Assembly (NCBI GenBank): GCA_963706575.1
Contig: CAVPNL010000009.1
Coordinates: 64,001-128,000 of the forward strand
Direction: 5' to 3'
Source: an uncultured delta proteobacterium
GTDB taxonomy: Bacteria; Desulfobacterota; Desulfobacteria; Desulfobacterales; JAHEIW01
DNA length: 64,000 nt
Position numbers and translations under genes: made by a program. The notes beneath the pieces are model-generated. The model worked only from the letters and a program-made list of their open reading frames with translations, did not search any database and was not told the DNA's origin. The first letter of the stretch is position 1. Each line of letters starts with the position of its first letter. Shown here in pieces: positions 52,113 through 62,799 of the stretch.

Positions 52113-52718
52113 CTAAACCATTTCCTCCGCTCGCTTTAAATCCTCCGGTGTGTTGATGTTAAAAAAGGACCGCAGGTCAGGATCTATTTCGCATAAAACT
52201 TTCTCGGAGATGGTTTTGATGCGGCTTTTGCGAAAGGTTTTGGTAATTTTTAGTTTCTTTTGCTCCAAATGGTTTTGCGCCGCTTCAAGACAGCGTTTGG
52301 AGTAGGCCGCACATAGGGGCTCAAATCCGGCTGAAGTTTCGGGCATCACAATATCGATTTGAGCTTCAATCTTTCCGATGACGGTCTCAACCATTTCCTT
52401 TTTCAAAAAGGGTGTATCGCAAGCCGAAATAAAGGCATACGGGTTTGTCATGTAGAAGAGGCCGGCATGAATTCCGGTCAGAGAACTTCGAATCGGGAAA
52501 AGGTCCGATACAATCAGCAAATCCCATTCCAAAAATTTTTCAGGGAAGTTGGTGACCAGAATGATTTCATCAAAAAGCTCGCGGTAGATCTCATAAATCC
52601 GATCCAGAATCCGGATCCCGCCCACCCGCAGGAGGGCTTTCTCGGTGCCATCATAGCGGGCGGCCAACCCGCCGGACAATATTACCCCACTACATGGAAG
52701 TTTACTCTTTGACATCAT
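52113..52718 (-). CDS. mobA: Molybdenum cofactor guanylyltransferase
   Basis: VILSGG..ARY, KAL, GIHAGL, ACDTPF, EPLCAAY, NINTPED. Confidence 0.93.
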   Translation of the reverse strand: MMSKSKLPCSGVILSGGLAARYDGTEKALLRVGGIRILDRIYEIYRELFDEIILVTNFPEKFLEWDLLIVSDLFPIRSSLTGIHAGLFYMTNPYAFISACDTPFLKKEMVETVIGKIEAQIDIVMPETSAGFEPLCAAYSKRCLEAAQNHLEQKKLKITKTFRKSRIKTISEKVLCEIDPDLRSFFNINTPEDLKRAEEMV

Positions 52719-52935
52719 GATGTTTAATTATTTCAATGTCTATATTGAAAGCGCTAACATTTCAGCTTAAGAAAAAAGAGGGGCAAAATCAAGGTATAAT
52801 CAAGGGGATTGAATATCGGTTTTCATATTCAATAATATATTTCTTGATCCAAAAATATTTTATGGTGTAGTTAAAGGAAAAAACGGTTTCATTTATTTGA
52901 GAGATCCAGGACTCCAACACTCCAGTCAGATAGCC

Positions 52936-53439
52936 ATGGGCGTACACGAGCATAAAAAACAGGCACCCAGATTCATTACTCTGGGCATCATTTCGGTCTC
53001 CACCACCCGGGCTTTGATCGATGATATCAGTGGTCAATGGATCCGGGAACAGGCTGAAAAAGAAGGGCACAAGATCGTTTTTCATGAAGTGATTCCCGAC
53101 GACGCTGCAAAAATAGCCGCTACACTGAAAGATGGGATTAAAGCATCAAACCCCCAGGTGATTTTGATGAGCGGCGGCACCGGGATTACGAAAAAAGATG
53201 TGACCATTGAAGCCGTCAGCCCGCTTTTTAACAAAGAGCTGAGTGCATTTGGTCCTCTGTTTGCCAAACTCAGCATGGAAGAAATTAATTCCGCCGCCAT
53301 CATGTCCCGCGCCACTGCCGGTGTTATCGGCAATACAGTTGTGTTTTGCATGCCGGGCAGCCTCAACGCTTGCAAACTGGCCTGTTCCAAACTCATTTTT
53401 CCTGAACTGGGCCATCTTGTAAAACATGTTCGCGAGTAA
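52936..53439 (+). CDS. moaB: Molybdenum cofactor biosynthesis protein MoaB/Mog
   Basis: DDISG, VIPDD, SGGTG...DVTIEA, SRATAG, MPGS. Confidence 0.92.
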   Translation: MGVHEHKKQAPRFITLGIISVSTTRALIDDISGQWIREQAEKEGHKIVFHEVIPDDAAKIAATLKDGIKASNPQVILMSGGTGITKKDVTIEAVSPLFNKELSAFGPLFAKLSMEEINSAAIMSRATAGVIGNTVVFCMPGSLNACKLACSKLIFPELGHLVKHVRE

Positions 53440-53461
53440 AATAAATCTCAAGGAGACAGCC

Positions 53462-54442
53462 GTGTCGGACCCTTACCAAAAAAAATCAGCAGTCACAGGC
53501 GAGGCTTATGATCCAAAGATGGCGCCGCGCTACACGGAAATCCCCACCTTTATGCGGACGCCGCACGCAAGACGGCTTAATGATCTGGACATCGCAATTG
53601 TCGGCGTGCCCTTCGACAGCGGGGTGACCAATCGCCCCGGTGCGCGACACGGTCCGCGGGAAATACGGAATATGTCCAGCCTGACACGTACCATCCATCA
53701 CGTTAGCCGTCTTAATCCTTATGAGCTATGCCGCATCGGTGATGTCGGCGATGTGCGTTTTACAAACGTTTTTCACCTGGATGAAGCCATTCAAAACATC
53801 GAGGATTTTTATCGCAAGCTCCATGCCGCGGGCGTCATTCCGTTGAGTGCCGGCGGTGACCATTCGATCACCTATCCGATCTTTAAGGCCATCGCAGCGC
53901 AGCGCCCGATCGGTTTGATTCATATCGATGCCCATACCGATACCTGGGATGAGTTTCTGGGCTCCGGCGTCCACCATGGCGCGCCTTTTCGCCGGGCTGT
54001 TGAGGACGGGTTGCTGGATCCCAAACGAACCGTACAGATTGGTATTCGGGGGGCACAGACGACCACTGAAGGCTGGGACTATTCGGTCGAAAAGGGGATG
54101 CGCATCATTTTCATCGAAGAGTTTATCACGGCGGGGGTCGAGGCGGTTATCGCCGAAGCGCGCCGTATTGTCGGTGAGGGTCCAGCTTATATTTCCTTTG
54201 ATGTTGATAGCCTTGACCCGGTCTATGCTCCCGGCACCGGCACCCCCGAGATCGGCGGCCTGACCACGCGTGAGGCCCAGGCGCTGCTGCGGGGTTTACG
54301 CGGTCTTAATTTAGTCGGCGGTGATGTTGTTGAGGTGTCACCACCTTTTGACTCCAGCGGCAATACCGCCCTGGTTGGCGCAACGATGATGTACGAAATC
54401 CTTTGCCTATTGGCCGAAGCGGCTGCATCCCGCAAGGAATAA
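53462..54442 (+). CDS. speB: Agmatinase / ureohydrolase family
   Basis: GVPFD, RPGARHGP, GGDHS, DAHTD, HGAPF, SFDVDSLDP..APGTGTPE; AGGAG SD before GTG. Confidence 0.88.
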   Translation: MSDPYQKKSAVTGEAYDPKMAPRYTEIPTFMRTPHARRLNDLDIAIVGVPFDSGVTNRPGARHGPREIRNMSSLTRTIHHVSRLNPYELCRIGDVGDVRFTNVFHLDEAIQNIEDFYRKLHAAGVIPLSAGGDHSITYPIFKAIAAQRPIGLIHIDAHTDTWDEFLGSGVHHGAPFRRAVEDGLLDPKRTVQIGIRGAQTTTEGWDYSVEKGMRIIFIEEFITAGVEAVIAEARRIVGEGPAYISFDVDSLDPVYAPGTGTPEIGGLTTREAQALLRGLRGLNLVGGDVVEVSPPFDSSGNTALVGATMMYEILCLLAEAAASRKE

Positions 54443-54516
54443 TTATAAGCTATCTCAAAATTAGCAGTTCATCTTGGAAGACAGAGAAAAAAGTTCCAGA
54501 GGTGCTGGAAAGTTAG

Positions 54517-54676
54517 AAGTGCCTAAAGTGACTAAAATGAGCTAAAATGCCTAAAGTTAAGGAATTCTGTCGTATTTATAATAAAAGAAGGAGCGCCACG
54601 CCGCGCAAGCGCTGGCGCTGCGTGAGCGAGACCATAATTTTAGGCATTTGAGATCATTTTTAATTTTAGCTCATTT
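54517..54676. repeat. Palindromic element with periodic arms (CTAAA / TTTAG) and nested GC-rich insert
   Basis: aagtgcctaaagtgactaaaatgagctaaaatgcctaaagtt ... attttaggcattt...attttagctcattt; insert gagcgccacgccgcgcaagcgctggcgctgcgtgagcg. Confidence 0.75.
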
Positions 54677-56239
54677 CTTCTTTTGCAGGAAAGGGTCCCG
54701 CAGGCCTTTTTTGTAGATTTTTCCCGATCCGGTTTTGGGCAACTCATCTAAAAAAACAATGGTTTTGGGGGCTTTGTAAGAAGCCTGCTGTTCTTTGCAA
54801 AAGGCGATGATTTCATCTTCGGTGGCGGTTTCGCCGGTTTTGAGCACCACGGCGGCATTGACCGCCTCTCCCCAGTTTTCATCCGGCACGCCGAAGACGG
54901 CGGCCTCTAAAATCGCGGGGTGCATATAGAGCACATTTTCAACTTCGGTGGAGTAAACATTTTCGCCGCCGCTAACAATCATGTCCTTTTTACGATCCAC
55001 GATGTTGACATAGCCTTCCGAATCCAGGGTAGCCAGGTCCCCGGTGTGCAGCCATCCGTCTGAAAACGCATTTGCCGTTTCTTCGGGCCGATTCCAGTAT
55101 CCGGGGGTCACGGTATCTCCCCGCACCCAGATTTCACCCACCTGTTGCTCATCTGCAGCAATCGGCATCCCGGTTTCGTCCACAACTTTAAGATCCACGC
55201 CGATAGCCGGCCGGCCGGTTTTGGATTTGATTTTCAGTTGGTCATCGGGCGGCAGCGCTTTCAAATGCTCTTTTAAGATACTGAAGGTCAAATACGGGCT
55301 GGTTTCGGTCATGCCGTAAGTCTGGATATAATCGCAGCCGAGCGTCTCCATGATGCTTCTTACCAGCTCGGGCGCAATGGGGGCACCCCCGCTGAGAATT
55401 TCCCGCAGGCTCGAAAAATCATATTCTCTTACCCGGGGATGTTTGATCATCAGATTGAGCATGGTGGGAATTAAATTACTCAGTGTTATCTTTTGCTTTT
55501 CGATAGTTGCCATAACGGCTTCGGCCTCAAATTGACCGACCATCACGTGACGGCCGCCAACCCAGGTAATGGCAAATGTCGCCCAGGCATCCGCCAAATG
55601 GAACATGGGCGCAACATGGGCCCAAACATCGGTATCCATCAGCTTTAACTCGGCGATGGTTCCCAATGCGTGGCTGCATACATTTTTATGGGTGAGCATT
55701 ACCCCTTTGGGCCGTCCGGTCGTGCCGCTGGTGTAATATAGATGGGCGATCCGGTTTTCATCAACAGGTGCAGGCTCGAAATCCCCGGCATCGGCGCAAA
55801 CGGCGTCTTCATAATTGTGGCATCGAATCGGCATGGATTCATCCGCCCCCTCACCAATCCAGAGAATCCCTTCGAGGGGAACACCCTCCTTGATTGCGCC
55901 CTTGACCACATCTGCAAATTGCGTTGCGGCAATTAACCAGCGGGAGCCGGCATCGTTTAAAATGTAAGCGACTTCTTTGGCTGCCAGGCGGTAATTGAGC
56001 GGATTGAGAATGGCACCAATGCCGGCAGCTGCGTAGTAGGTCTCCAGAAATGCATGCGAGTTGACTTCCAGAATGGAGATGCGGTCCTCTTGCTGAATTC
56101 CCCGGTTTTGAAAAAATCGGGCCTGCCCGGTCACACGCTCCCAGACCTGCTGATAGGTGTAGGATCGGTCACTGTCGATAACCGCAATTTTTTCAGGATA
56201 CAAATCCAATGCTTTGCCAAGCGTCATCCAGATGTTCAC
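54671..56239 (-). CDS. Long-chain fatty acid--CoA ligase (AMP-binding)
   Basis: YTSGTTGRPKG, YGMTETSP, LHTGD, DRKKDMIVSGGENV, LPKTGSGKI. Confidence 0.93.
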   Translation of the reverse strand: MNIWMTLGKALDLYPEKIAVIDSDRSYTYQQVWERVTGQARFFQNRGIQQEDRISILEVNSHAFLETYYAAAGIGAILNPLNYRLAAKEVAYILNDAGSRWLIAATQFADVVKGAIKEGVPLEGILWIGEGADESMPIRCHNYEDAVCADAGDFEPAPVDENRIAHLYYTSGTTGRPKGVMLTHKNVCSHALGTIAELKLMDTDVWAHVAPMFHLADAWATFAITWVGGRHVMVGQFEAEAVMATIEKQKITLSNLIPTMLNLMIKHPRVREYDFSSLREILSGGAPIAPELVRSIMETLGCDYIQTYGMTETSPYLTFSILKEHLKALPPDDQLKIKSKTGRPAIGVDLKVVDETGMPIAADEQQVGEIWVRGDTVTPGYWNRPEETANAFSDGWLHTGDLATLDSEGYVNIVDRKKDMIVSGGENVYSTEVENVLYMHPAILEAAVFGVPDENWGEAVNAAVVLKTGETATEDEIIAFCKEQQASYKAPKTIVFLDELPKTGSGKIYKKGLRDPFLQKKK

Positions 56240-56356
56240 AGCATTTTCCTTATTTATAGTCGATTTAAATTTAGATCCCCATAATACCACTACCTTTTTA
56301 AATGCCAAGTCCAAAATTATTGCGATTTGACAAAAGATATGGTTGAAATGAATCTA

Positions 56357-56461
56357 AGGTTCTCGGGTTTAGCCTAGTTGACCCGTTAGCCGGTTAAATA
56401 AAATCAGACTTGTTCCTTTGTTAAACGGGCCTAACGGGCTAAACTGGCAACCGGCGAACCT
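56357..56461. repeat. Palindromic element with periodic arms (CCCGTT / AACGGG)
   Basis: aggttctcgggtttagcctagttgacccgttagccggtt ... aaacgggcctaacgggctaaactggcaaccggcgaacct. Confidence 0.65.
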
Positions 56462-56535
56462 GATGAAGTGATTACTTTTTTTGCAGATAGCTTCCAACTG
56501 ATTAAAACCTTACTATTTTATGACAGGTATCTTAC

Positions 56536-59505
56536 ATGGCTTTAGAAATTGAAAGTTTTAGCGAAGATTTTGACCCGCGGTTTAAAATTTTCCATGAACT
56601 GATGGCCCGCAAGGTCAGGGATGTTCTGCTGGTCTCGACACCTTACGATGCCTGGATTCTGGAAGAAGATTGCCGTCTTTCAGAGCGCATCATTAATGAA
56701 TACCGCGGCTTGAATTTAAGCAATCCGCCCCGGTTTACCTGGGTTTCCAGTGCCCAGGACGCGCTGGCGATGCTGGACGAAAAGAAATTTGACATGGTGA
56801 TTACCATGAGCCAGCTGGCGGATATGGATGTCTTTACCCTGGGTGAGGAAATCAAAAAAAAGGTTTCCGATCTGCCGGTTGTTTTGCTGGCCCATGATTC
56901 TTTGCCGCCGCCGGCCTTGGAATGCCTGATGGATTTTAGCCGCCCTCCCGGAATTGATCGGTCCTTTGTCTGGTCCGGCAATACCGATATCCTGGTGGCC
57001 CTGGTCAAAAGCGCTGAAGATCGGCTAAACGTAGAACACGACACCGAATTTGCCGGTATACGGGTGATCCTTTTTGTGGAGGATTCTCCAACTTACATTT
57101 CCTCATTGCTGCCGGTGCTTTACAAAGAACTGGTGAGCCAGACCCAGGCGATTATGGAATACCGGCACCACGAAGAACATAAGTTGCTCACCATGCGGGC
57201 GCGGCCTAAAATTCTGATTGCTGAAAACTTCGAGGAAGCCGTTCGGCTTTTTGAAAAATTCGAGCCCTATGTTTTAGGCGTCATATCCGATGTTCGCATC
57301 CCGCGAAACTGCGTGCTGGATGAAAATGGCGGCGTCGCATTTCTATCAAAGATTAAAAAAGAACGTTTCGATATTCCGCTTTTGCTCACCAGCTCTGAAT
57401 CAATCAATGCAGATAAGGCCAAAAATATTCCGGCCGCTTTTGTTGATAAAAACTCACCCAGCCTGCATGCGGAAGTCCGCTCGTTTTTCATGGAGCAGCT
57501 GGGATTTGGAGATTTTGTCTTCCGCAAACCCGATGGCCGGGAAATCGACCGCGCACCCAGCCTGCGTAGATTCGAAGAAATCCTGCACCGGGTTCCTGAA
57601 GATTCCTTTCTTCACCATAGCAGTCGCAATGATTTTTCAAGATGGCTCTTTGCGCGTACCGAAATCGTGCTGGCATCCAAAATGCGCCCCTTACGGGATG
57701 GTGACTTCACCACGGTGGAAAGCCACCGGCAGTATCTGATTTCCATGATCCAAACATGGCGCAAGCGGCAGCAAAAAGGTGTGGTGGCCGACTTTCATCC
57801 CGGAGACTTTGATCCGGACGCGGAATTTTTTAAAATCGGCAAAGGTTCTATGGGCGGAAAGGCCAGGGGACTGGCATTTGTCGGCAATTTGCTTCAACGC
57901 CTGCCGGTCATCCATAAAAAATTTGAGGATGTGAACATTTTTGTTCCCCAGACCCTGGTGGTGACCACCGAAGGCTTTGATGACTTTATCGAGGAAAATG
58001 ATCTCAAGGAACTGGCAAAATCAGATGCATCGGATGCGGAAATTGCCGAGGTCTTCCATGGCGCCAATTTTCCGCAATGGATTGCCGATGAGCTCAAAGC
58101 CTATCTCGAACGAATCAACTATCCGTTGGCTGTTCGATCCTCAAGCCTGCTGGAAGATGCCCAATTTCGTGCTTATGCGGGACTTTATCGAACCTATATG
58201 CTTCCCAATGATCACCCGGACCTCGAAATACGGCTGGAACAATTGATCAATGCCATCAAACTGGTTTATGCGTCAACTTACTTCCGGGACCCCAAGGCAT
58301 TTTCAAAGCGGGTGGGCCATCGCACCGAAGAAGAGAAGATGGGCGTCATCATCCAGCAACTGGTGGGCGAAAGATTCGGCAATTATTTTTACCCGACCAT
58401 ATCCGGTGTTGCCCAGTCTCATAATTACTACCCTTTTGCTAAAATGAAACCGGAAGAAGGCATCGCCACGGTGGCGCTGGGTCTGGGCAAAACGGTTATG
58501 GAGGGTGAAAAAGCCCTGCGGTTTTCTCCCAGATATCCGCAATTACTTCCGCAGCGTTCTACGGTAGAAGATATCCTGGAAAACTCTCAACAGCTTTTTT
58601 ATGCCCTGAATATGGGTAAAGACTCTCCGGAGGTCGGTATCCTCGAGGATGCCAACCTCGCAAAAAGAGATGTGAGCGATGCCGATGAAGAAGCCCCGGT
58701 GAAGCTTTTAGCCAGCACCTATATCCCTGAAGAACATCGGATCAGAGATTCTGCCCATATGCCCGGCTATCGGGTTCTGACCTTTGCCCAGGTTTTGAAG
58801 TATGGGCGGTTTCCCCTGGCTGAAGTTCTTTGCGAAGTTTTGGATCTGGGCCAGGAGGGCATGGGCTGCCCGGTGGAGCTCGAATTTTCGATCAACATGC
58901 CCCGGAACCCGGATCAAAAGTCGGAATTTGCCTTTTTGCAGCTCAGGCCGATGACGGCCCGTGCGGAACTGCTTCAGGTGAAAATAAGCGATGACGAAAT
59001 TGCCAGATCTTTTTGCGTTTCTTCCCGTGCGCTGGGCAATGCTGAAAAGAATGATATGGCCGACATCCTCTTTGTAAAACCCGATGCGTTTGATCCCGCC
59101 AAAACCCCGCAAATCGCCCGGGAGATTGGTGAGTTGAACGCGGGCCTGTTAAATAAATCCCGTAAATACCTGCTGGTCGGTCCTGGCAGATGGGGTTCGG
59201 CCGACCGCTGGCTGGGAATCCCGGTAAGCTGGGCCGAGATTTGCGGCGTAGGAGCGATGGTTGAAACGTCTTCAGCGGAGCTGAGGGCCGACCCATCCCA
59301 GGGCTCGCACTTCTTTCATAATATCACCACTCTGGGGATAACCTATGCAACCGTTTTGGATGAAGACTCTGATTTTGTTGATTGGAACTGGCTGACCTCC
59401 CAACCGCTGGCCAATGAAACCGCGCATATCGGCCATATTCAGCTTGATAAACCGTTCATATTGAAAGTGGACGGGAGATCGTCGAAATGTGTGATGTACC
59501 TCTAA
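56536..59505 (+). CDS. PEP synthase/PPDK nucleotide-binding domain protein with N-terminal receiver-like domains
   Basis: GSMGGKARGL, PLAVRSSSLLED, AGLYRT, VELEF, LQLRP, GPGRWGS, SQGSHFF; N-term VISDV/LLLTSS REC-like. Confidence 0.85.
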   Translation: MALEIESFSEDFDPRFKIFHELMARKVRDVLLVSTPYDAWILEEDCRLSERIINEYRGLNLSNPPRFTWVSSAQDALAMLDEKKFDMVITMSQLADMDVFTLGEEIKKKVSDLPVVLLAHDSLPPPALECLMDFSRPPGIDRSFVWSGNTDILVALVKSAEDRLNVEHDTEFAGIRVILFVEDSPTYISSLLPVLYKELVSQTQAIMEYRHHEEHKLLTMRARPKILIAENFEEAVRLFEKFEPYVLGVISDVRIPRNCVLDENGGVAFLSKIKKERFDIPLLLTSSESINADKAKNIPAAFVDKNSPSLHAEVRSFFMEQLGFGDFVFRKPDGREIDRAPSLRRFEEILHRVPEDSFLHHSSRNDFSRWLFARTEIVLASKMRPLRDGDFTTVESHRQYLISMIQTWRKRQQKGVVADFHPGDFDPDAEFFKIGKGSMGGKARGLAFVGNLLQRLPVIHKKFEDVNIFVPQTLVVTTEGFDDFIEENDLKELAKSDASDAEIAEVFHGANFPQWIADELKAYLERINYPLAVRSSSLLEDAQFRAYAGLYRTYMLPNDHPDLEIRLEQLINAIKLVYASTYFRDPKAFSKRVGHRTEEEKMGVIIQQLVGERFGNYFYPTISGVAQSHNYYPFAKMKPEEGIATVALGLGKTVMEGEKALRFSPRYPQLLPQRSTVEDILENSQQLFYALNMGKDSPEVGILEDANLAKRDVSDADEEAPVKLLASTYIPEEHRIRDSAHMPGYRVLTFAQVLKYGRFPLAEVLCEVLDLGQEGMGCPVELEFSINMPRNPDQKSEFAFLQLRPMTARAELLQVKISDDEIARSFCVSSRALGNAEKNDMADILFVKPDAFDPAKTPQIAREIGELNAGLLNKSRKYLLVGPGRWGSADRWLGIPVSWAEICGVGAMVETSSAELRADPSQGSHFFHNITTLGITYATVLDEDSDFVDWNWLTSQPLANETAHIGHIQLDKPFILKVDGRSSKCVMYL

Positions 59506-59617
59506 GCGGCCTGGCTAAATCGTTAAATAGTCGATTCGTCAAGTCGTTAAACACCTATTTCTACCAGGATTCTTACCCAAAATCGAATTATCTTAAACTG
59601 GTCTGGTTGTTAAAAAA

Positions 59618-60931
59618 TTGGGATTAAAACCCACTAAGATAAAGACAGATTTATTAACTGCGCTGGTGGCGAATGCGGCCGGAGAAATTTTTGAGCTTGA
59701 CGGTTATGCGGCAGTCGGAATGGCCGGGGCTACGCAAATACCGCTGGCTCTGAAGAATACCCGCAATATGCCTTTTGGTAGCGAGCTCATGTACCTGCCG
59801 GACCGCAGGCCGGTTTTATTCAACCTGCATTCGGGCCGCATCGAGACGGTAACCGAGAATCCCTATGCTCCCGGCCAGCCGCTATTTCCGGTGACTGCAT
59901 TTAATTCCCCGGGCTACGTCATTTCTTATCTGGGTGCTTATGTTGAAACCCAAAAAGCGCAAGCGCTGCCGCTTTTTTCCTATGGCGCTGTGGGATGGCA
60001 CCGGGGCAAATTTCGATCCGCCGTTTTTGGTGTCGACCGGGAAAAACGGCAGGATCTGCGGTTGATGAAACCGCAGGATGTTGCTGCCGGCATCGAAAAG
60101 ATGCGCACACAGATGCCCGCCAATCGCCTCAGGACCCATCTTGAAAAATGTGCGCTGCAGTTCGGATGCCCGGCAGCCAAAAATTTCTTTCTGGGCCGCT
60201 ACGAAGCGCCATTGCCCACTGCCGAACACTGCAATGCCCGCTGCCTGGGCTGCCTGTCTTTACAGAAACACAGCGATATTCATCACAGCCAGGACCGCAT
60301 CGGATTCACGCCGTCACCGGAAGAAATTGCGGAAGTGGCGCTGGCGCATATCAAACGGGTCGACCAAAGCGTGGTCAGTTTCGGACAGGGCTGCGAAGGA
60401 GATCCGCTGCTGGCCGCCGATGTCATTGCACCGGCCGTTCGCCTGATTCGCGCTGAAACAGACCGGGGCACCATTAATATGAACACCAACGCCAGCCTGC
60501 CGCAAGCACTGCAGCAGGTGATCGATGCCGGCCTGGACAGCATTCGTATCAGCATGAACAGTGTACGCGAAAATTGCTATCATGCCTATTTTCGGCCAAA
60601 AGGTTACGGGTTTTCCGATGTCTTGAAAAGCATTGAACTGGCTGTGAGAAGCGGTCTTTTTGTTGCGGTTAATTACTTAAACTGCCCGGGATTTACGGAT
60701 ACACCCTCGGAAATAGAAGCCTTGCGCCGATTCTTGAAGCCGTACCCGATTCACATGATTCAGTGGCGCAACTTGAATTTTGATCCGCTGCGATATTATA
60801 AAATTATGAGTGACGTTGCCCCAGATGGCGCGCCCATCGGGATGAAAAATCTGCTGGAACAAATCCGGCAGGAATTCCCGCAGCTCAAATTCGGCTACTT
60901 CAACCCGCCCAAGGAGAAATTTGGAAATTAG
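59618..60931 (+). CDS. Radical SAM protein of unknown function
   Basis: CNARCLGC, SFGQGCEGDP, NMNTN, SIRISMNS. Confidence 0.9.
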   Translation: MGLKPTKIKTDLLTALVANAAGEIFELDGYAAVGMAGATQIPLALKNTRNMPFGSELMYLPDRRPVLFNLHSGRIETVTENPYAPGQPLFPVTAFNSPGYVISYLGAYVETQKAQALPLFSYGAVGWHRGKFRSAVFGVDREKRQDLRLMKPQDVAAGIEKMRTQMPANRLRTHLEKCALQFGCPAAKNFFLGRYEAPLPTAEHCNARCLGCLSLQKHSDIHHSQDRIGFTPSPEEIAEVALAHIKRVDQSVVSFGQGCEGDPLLAADVIAPAVRLIRAETDRGTINMNTNASLPQALQQVIDAGLDSIRISMNSVRENCYHAYFRPKGYGFSDVLKSIELAVRSGLFVAVNYLNCPGFTDTPSEIEALRRFLKPYPIHMIQWRNLNFDPLRYYKIMSDVAPDGAPIGMKNLLEQIRQEFPQLKFGYFNPPKEKFGN

Positions 60932-60958
60932 CCACAGACTTATACATCAAACTGAGTT

Positions 60959-61137
60959 AGGTTTCAGGTGTCAATTCCAGGGTTCAGCGTATATGGGCTT
61001 GTTAGATTAGTTTTATTAGTTCCATTGGTTGAATTAGTTGGTTAAAACCGAACCAATTGAACAAATTAAACCAATCAAACCAATTAAACAAATGTAACGC
61101 CTGGATCCGGACTGACACCCGAAACCTGACACCTGAA
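60959..61137. repeat. Nested periodic-arm elements (outer GGTGTCA/TGACACC, inner ATTGGTT/AACCAAT)
   Basis: aggtttcaggtgtca [ttgttagattagttttattagttccattggttgaattagtt..aaccaattgaacaaattaaaccaatcaaaccaattaaacaaa] ctgacacccgaaacctgacacctgaa. Confidence 0.8.
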
Positions 61138-61139
61138 TT

Positions 61140-62063
61140 ATGAAATGGATTGAAGCCAAAGTTGTTTTTGGTGCCGATGACAACCCCTTTGCGGGCGAGC
61201 TCATTGCCAACCTGTTTTTTGAATTCGACCTGCAGGGTGTGGTTGAAGAAGACCCGACAATAGAGCCGGCCGAGGACTGGGCTGAGGATTCGATCGGTCG
61301 TGCGCAGCAGCATGCGGTTATCGGCTATTTTCCTAAGGACCGGCAGGCCAAAAAGCGTTGCAGGGTTCTGGAAGAAAAACTGGCCGTTTTAAAAGAGAAT
61401 TCCGGGCTGCTATATCGGGTCAGTTATAAAGAACTGGATGAGGAAGACTGGGCCGAGGCCTGGAAGGTTTTTTTTGAGCCCCAAAAAATCGGAAAAAAAA
61501 TTGTTGTCAAACCCACCTGGTGCGAGTATGAAGCGGATCCCGACGATATTGTGCTGGAGCTGGATCCCGGCATGGCCTTTGGCACAGGTACCCACCCGAC
61601 CACGGCCCTATGTATTCGTCTGATTGAAGAATATCTCCATAAAGGAGATTCGGTTTTAGATATCGGTACCGGCTCCGGGATATTAATGCTGGCAGCGGCC
61701 AAACTTGGCGCCGGAGTTGTTTGCGGCCTTGATAAAAATGAAATGGCTGTTAAAATTGCTCAAGCAAACCTGCGTCTGAACGGGATCGCGCCCCAGAGGT
61801 TTTCCGTAAAAGAGGGCAACCTCGTTGCCGGAGTTGAAGAACAGTACGATTTGGTTGTGGCCAATATTTTGACCCAGGTGATCTATAACTTGCTGGAGGA
61901 TATTGAAAAGATCCTCAATGACAAGGCCATTTTTATTTGCTCAGGGATCCTCGAAAAAAACGAAAACCTGGTAATTGCCAGAATGAAAACCATTGGATTT
62001 GATATTCTTGACCTATGCATAAAAGATCAGTGGGTGGCGATCGCCGGACGATATCGGGCGTAG
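61140..62063 (+). CDS. prmA: Ribosomal protein L11 methyltransferase
   Basis: MKWIE, EEDWAEAWK.FFEP, LDPGMAFGTGTHPTT, VLDIGTGSGIL, VVANI, SGI. Confidence 0.95.
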   Translation: MKWIEAKVVFGADDNPFAGELIANLFFEFDLQGVVEEDPTIEPAEDWAEDSIGRAQQHAVIGYFPKDRQAKKRCRVLEEKLAVLKENSGLLYRVSYKELDEEDWAEAWKVFFEPQKIGKKIVVKPTWCEYEADPDDIVLELDPGMAFGTGTHPTTALCIRLIEEYLHKGDSVLDIGTGSGILMLAAAKLGAGVVCGLDKNEMAVKIAQANLRLNGIAPQRFSVKEGNLVAGVEEQYDLVVANILTQVIYNLLEDIEKILNDKAIFICSGILEKNENLVIARMKTIGFDILDLCIKDQWVAIAGRYRA

Positions 62064-62121
62064 AGCATGGGGCATGGCGCATATTGAAGGACACTTGGCC
62101 AAATATCGGGAAAAATCGTGA

Positions 62122-62799
62122 ATGAGGATACTTCTAGTAGAAGATGACATCAAAATCGCATCCTTCATCATCAAGGGTTTAAAAGCCGAAGGATTTGCCG
62201 TGGACCATGAAGCCAACGGCGAAGACGGTTTGCACCTGGCTTTAACCGAGCCTTACGATGCCGCAATTATCGATGTTATGCTGCCGAAATTGGATGGGCT
62301 GAAATTGATTGAAAGGCTGCGCCATGAGAAACTGAAGACGCCCGTCATTATTTTAAGTGCCAAGGGGGAAGTTGATGATCGGGTAAAAGGGCTGCAGACC
62401 GGTGCGGATGACTATCTGACAAAACCGTTCGCCTTTTCCGAATTGCTGGCGCGCCTGCAGGCTCTGATTCGGCGCAGCAGTGATGCTGCTGAGCCGACCA
62501 AACTGACATTCGCGGACATCAGCATGAATCTCATTACCCGGGAAGTTGTGCGTGCCGGCAAAAAAATCGATCTGCAGCCGCTGGAATTTTCTTTGCTGGA
62601 GTATCTTTTGCGCAATGCCGGCAGGGTGGTTTCCAAAACCATGATTATGGAACATGTCTGGGATTATTATTTTGATCCCCAGACGAATGTTGTGGAGTCT
62701 CGAATTTACAAACTGCGCGAAAAAATTGACAAAGGATTTCCCGCCAGGCTGATTCATACGGTGCGCGGAGTGGGCTATGCTCTTAAAGAAAATAAATAG
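62122..62799 (+). CDS. OmpR-family response regulator (CusR-like)
   Basis: ILLVEDD, IIDVMLP, ILSA, GADDYLTKPF, TVRGVGY. Confidence 0.96.
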   Translation: MRILLVEDDIKIASFIIKGLKAEGFAVDHEANGEDGLHLALTEPYDAAIIDVMLPKLDGLKLIERLRHEKLKTPVIILSAKGEVDDRVKGLQTGADDYLTKPFAFSELLARLQALIRRSSDAAEPTKLTFADISMNLITREVVRAGKKIDLQPLEFSLLEYLLRNAGRVVSKTMIMEHVWDYYFDPQTNVVESRIYKLREKIDKGFPARLIHTVRGVGYALKENK

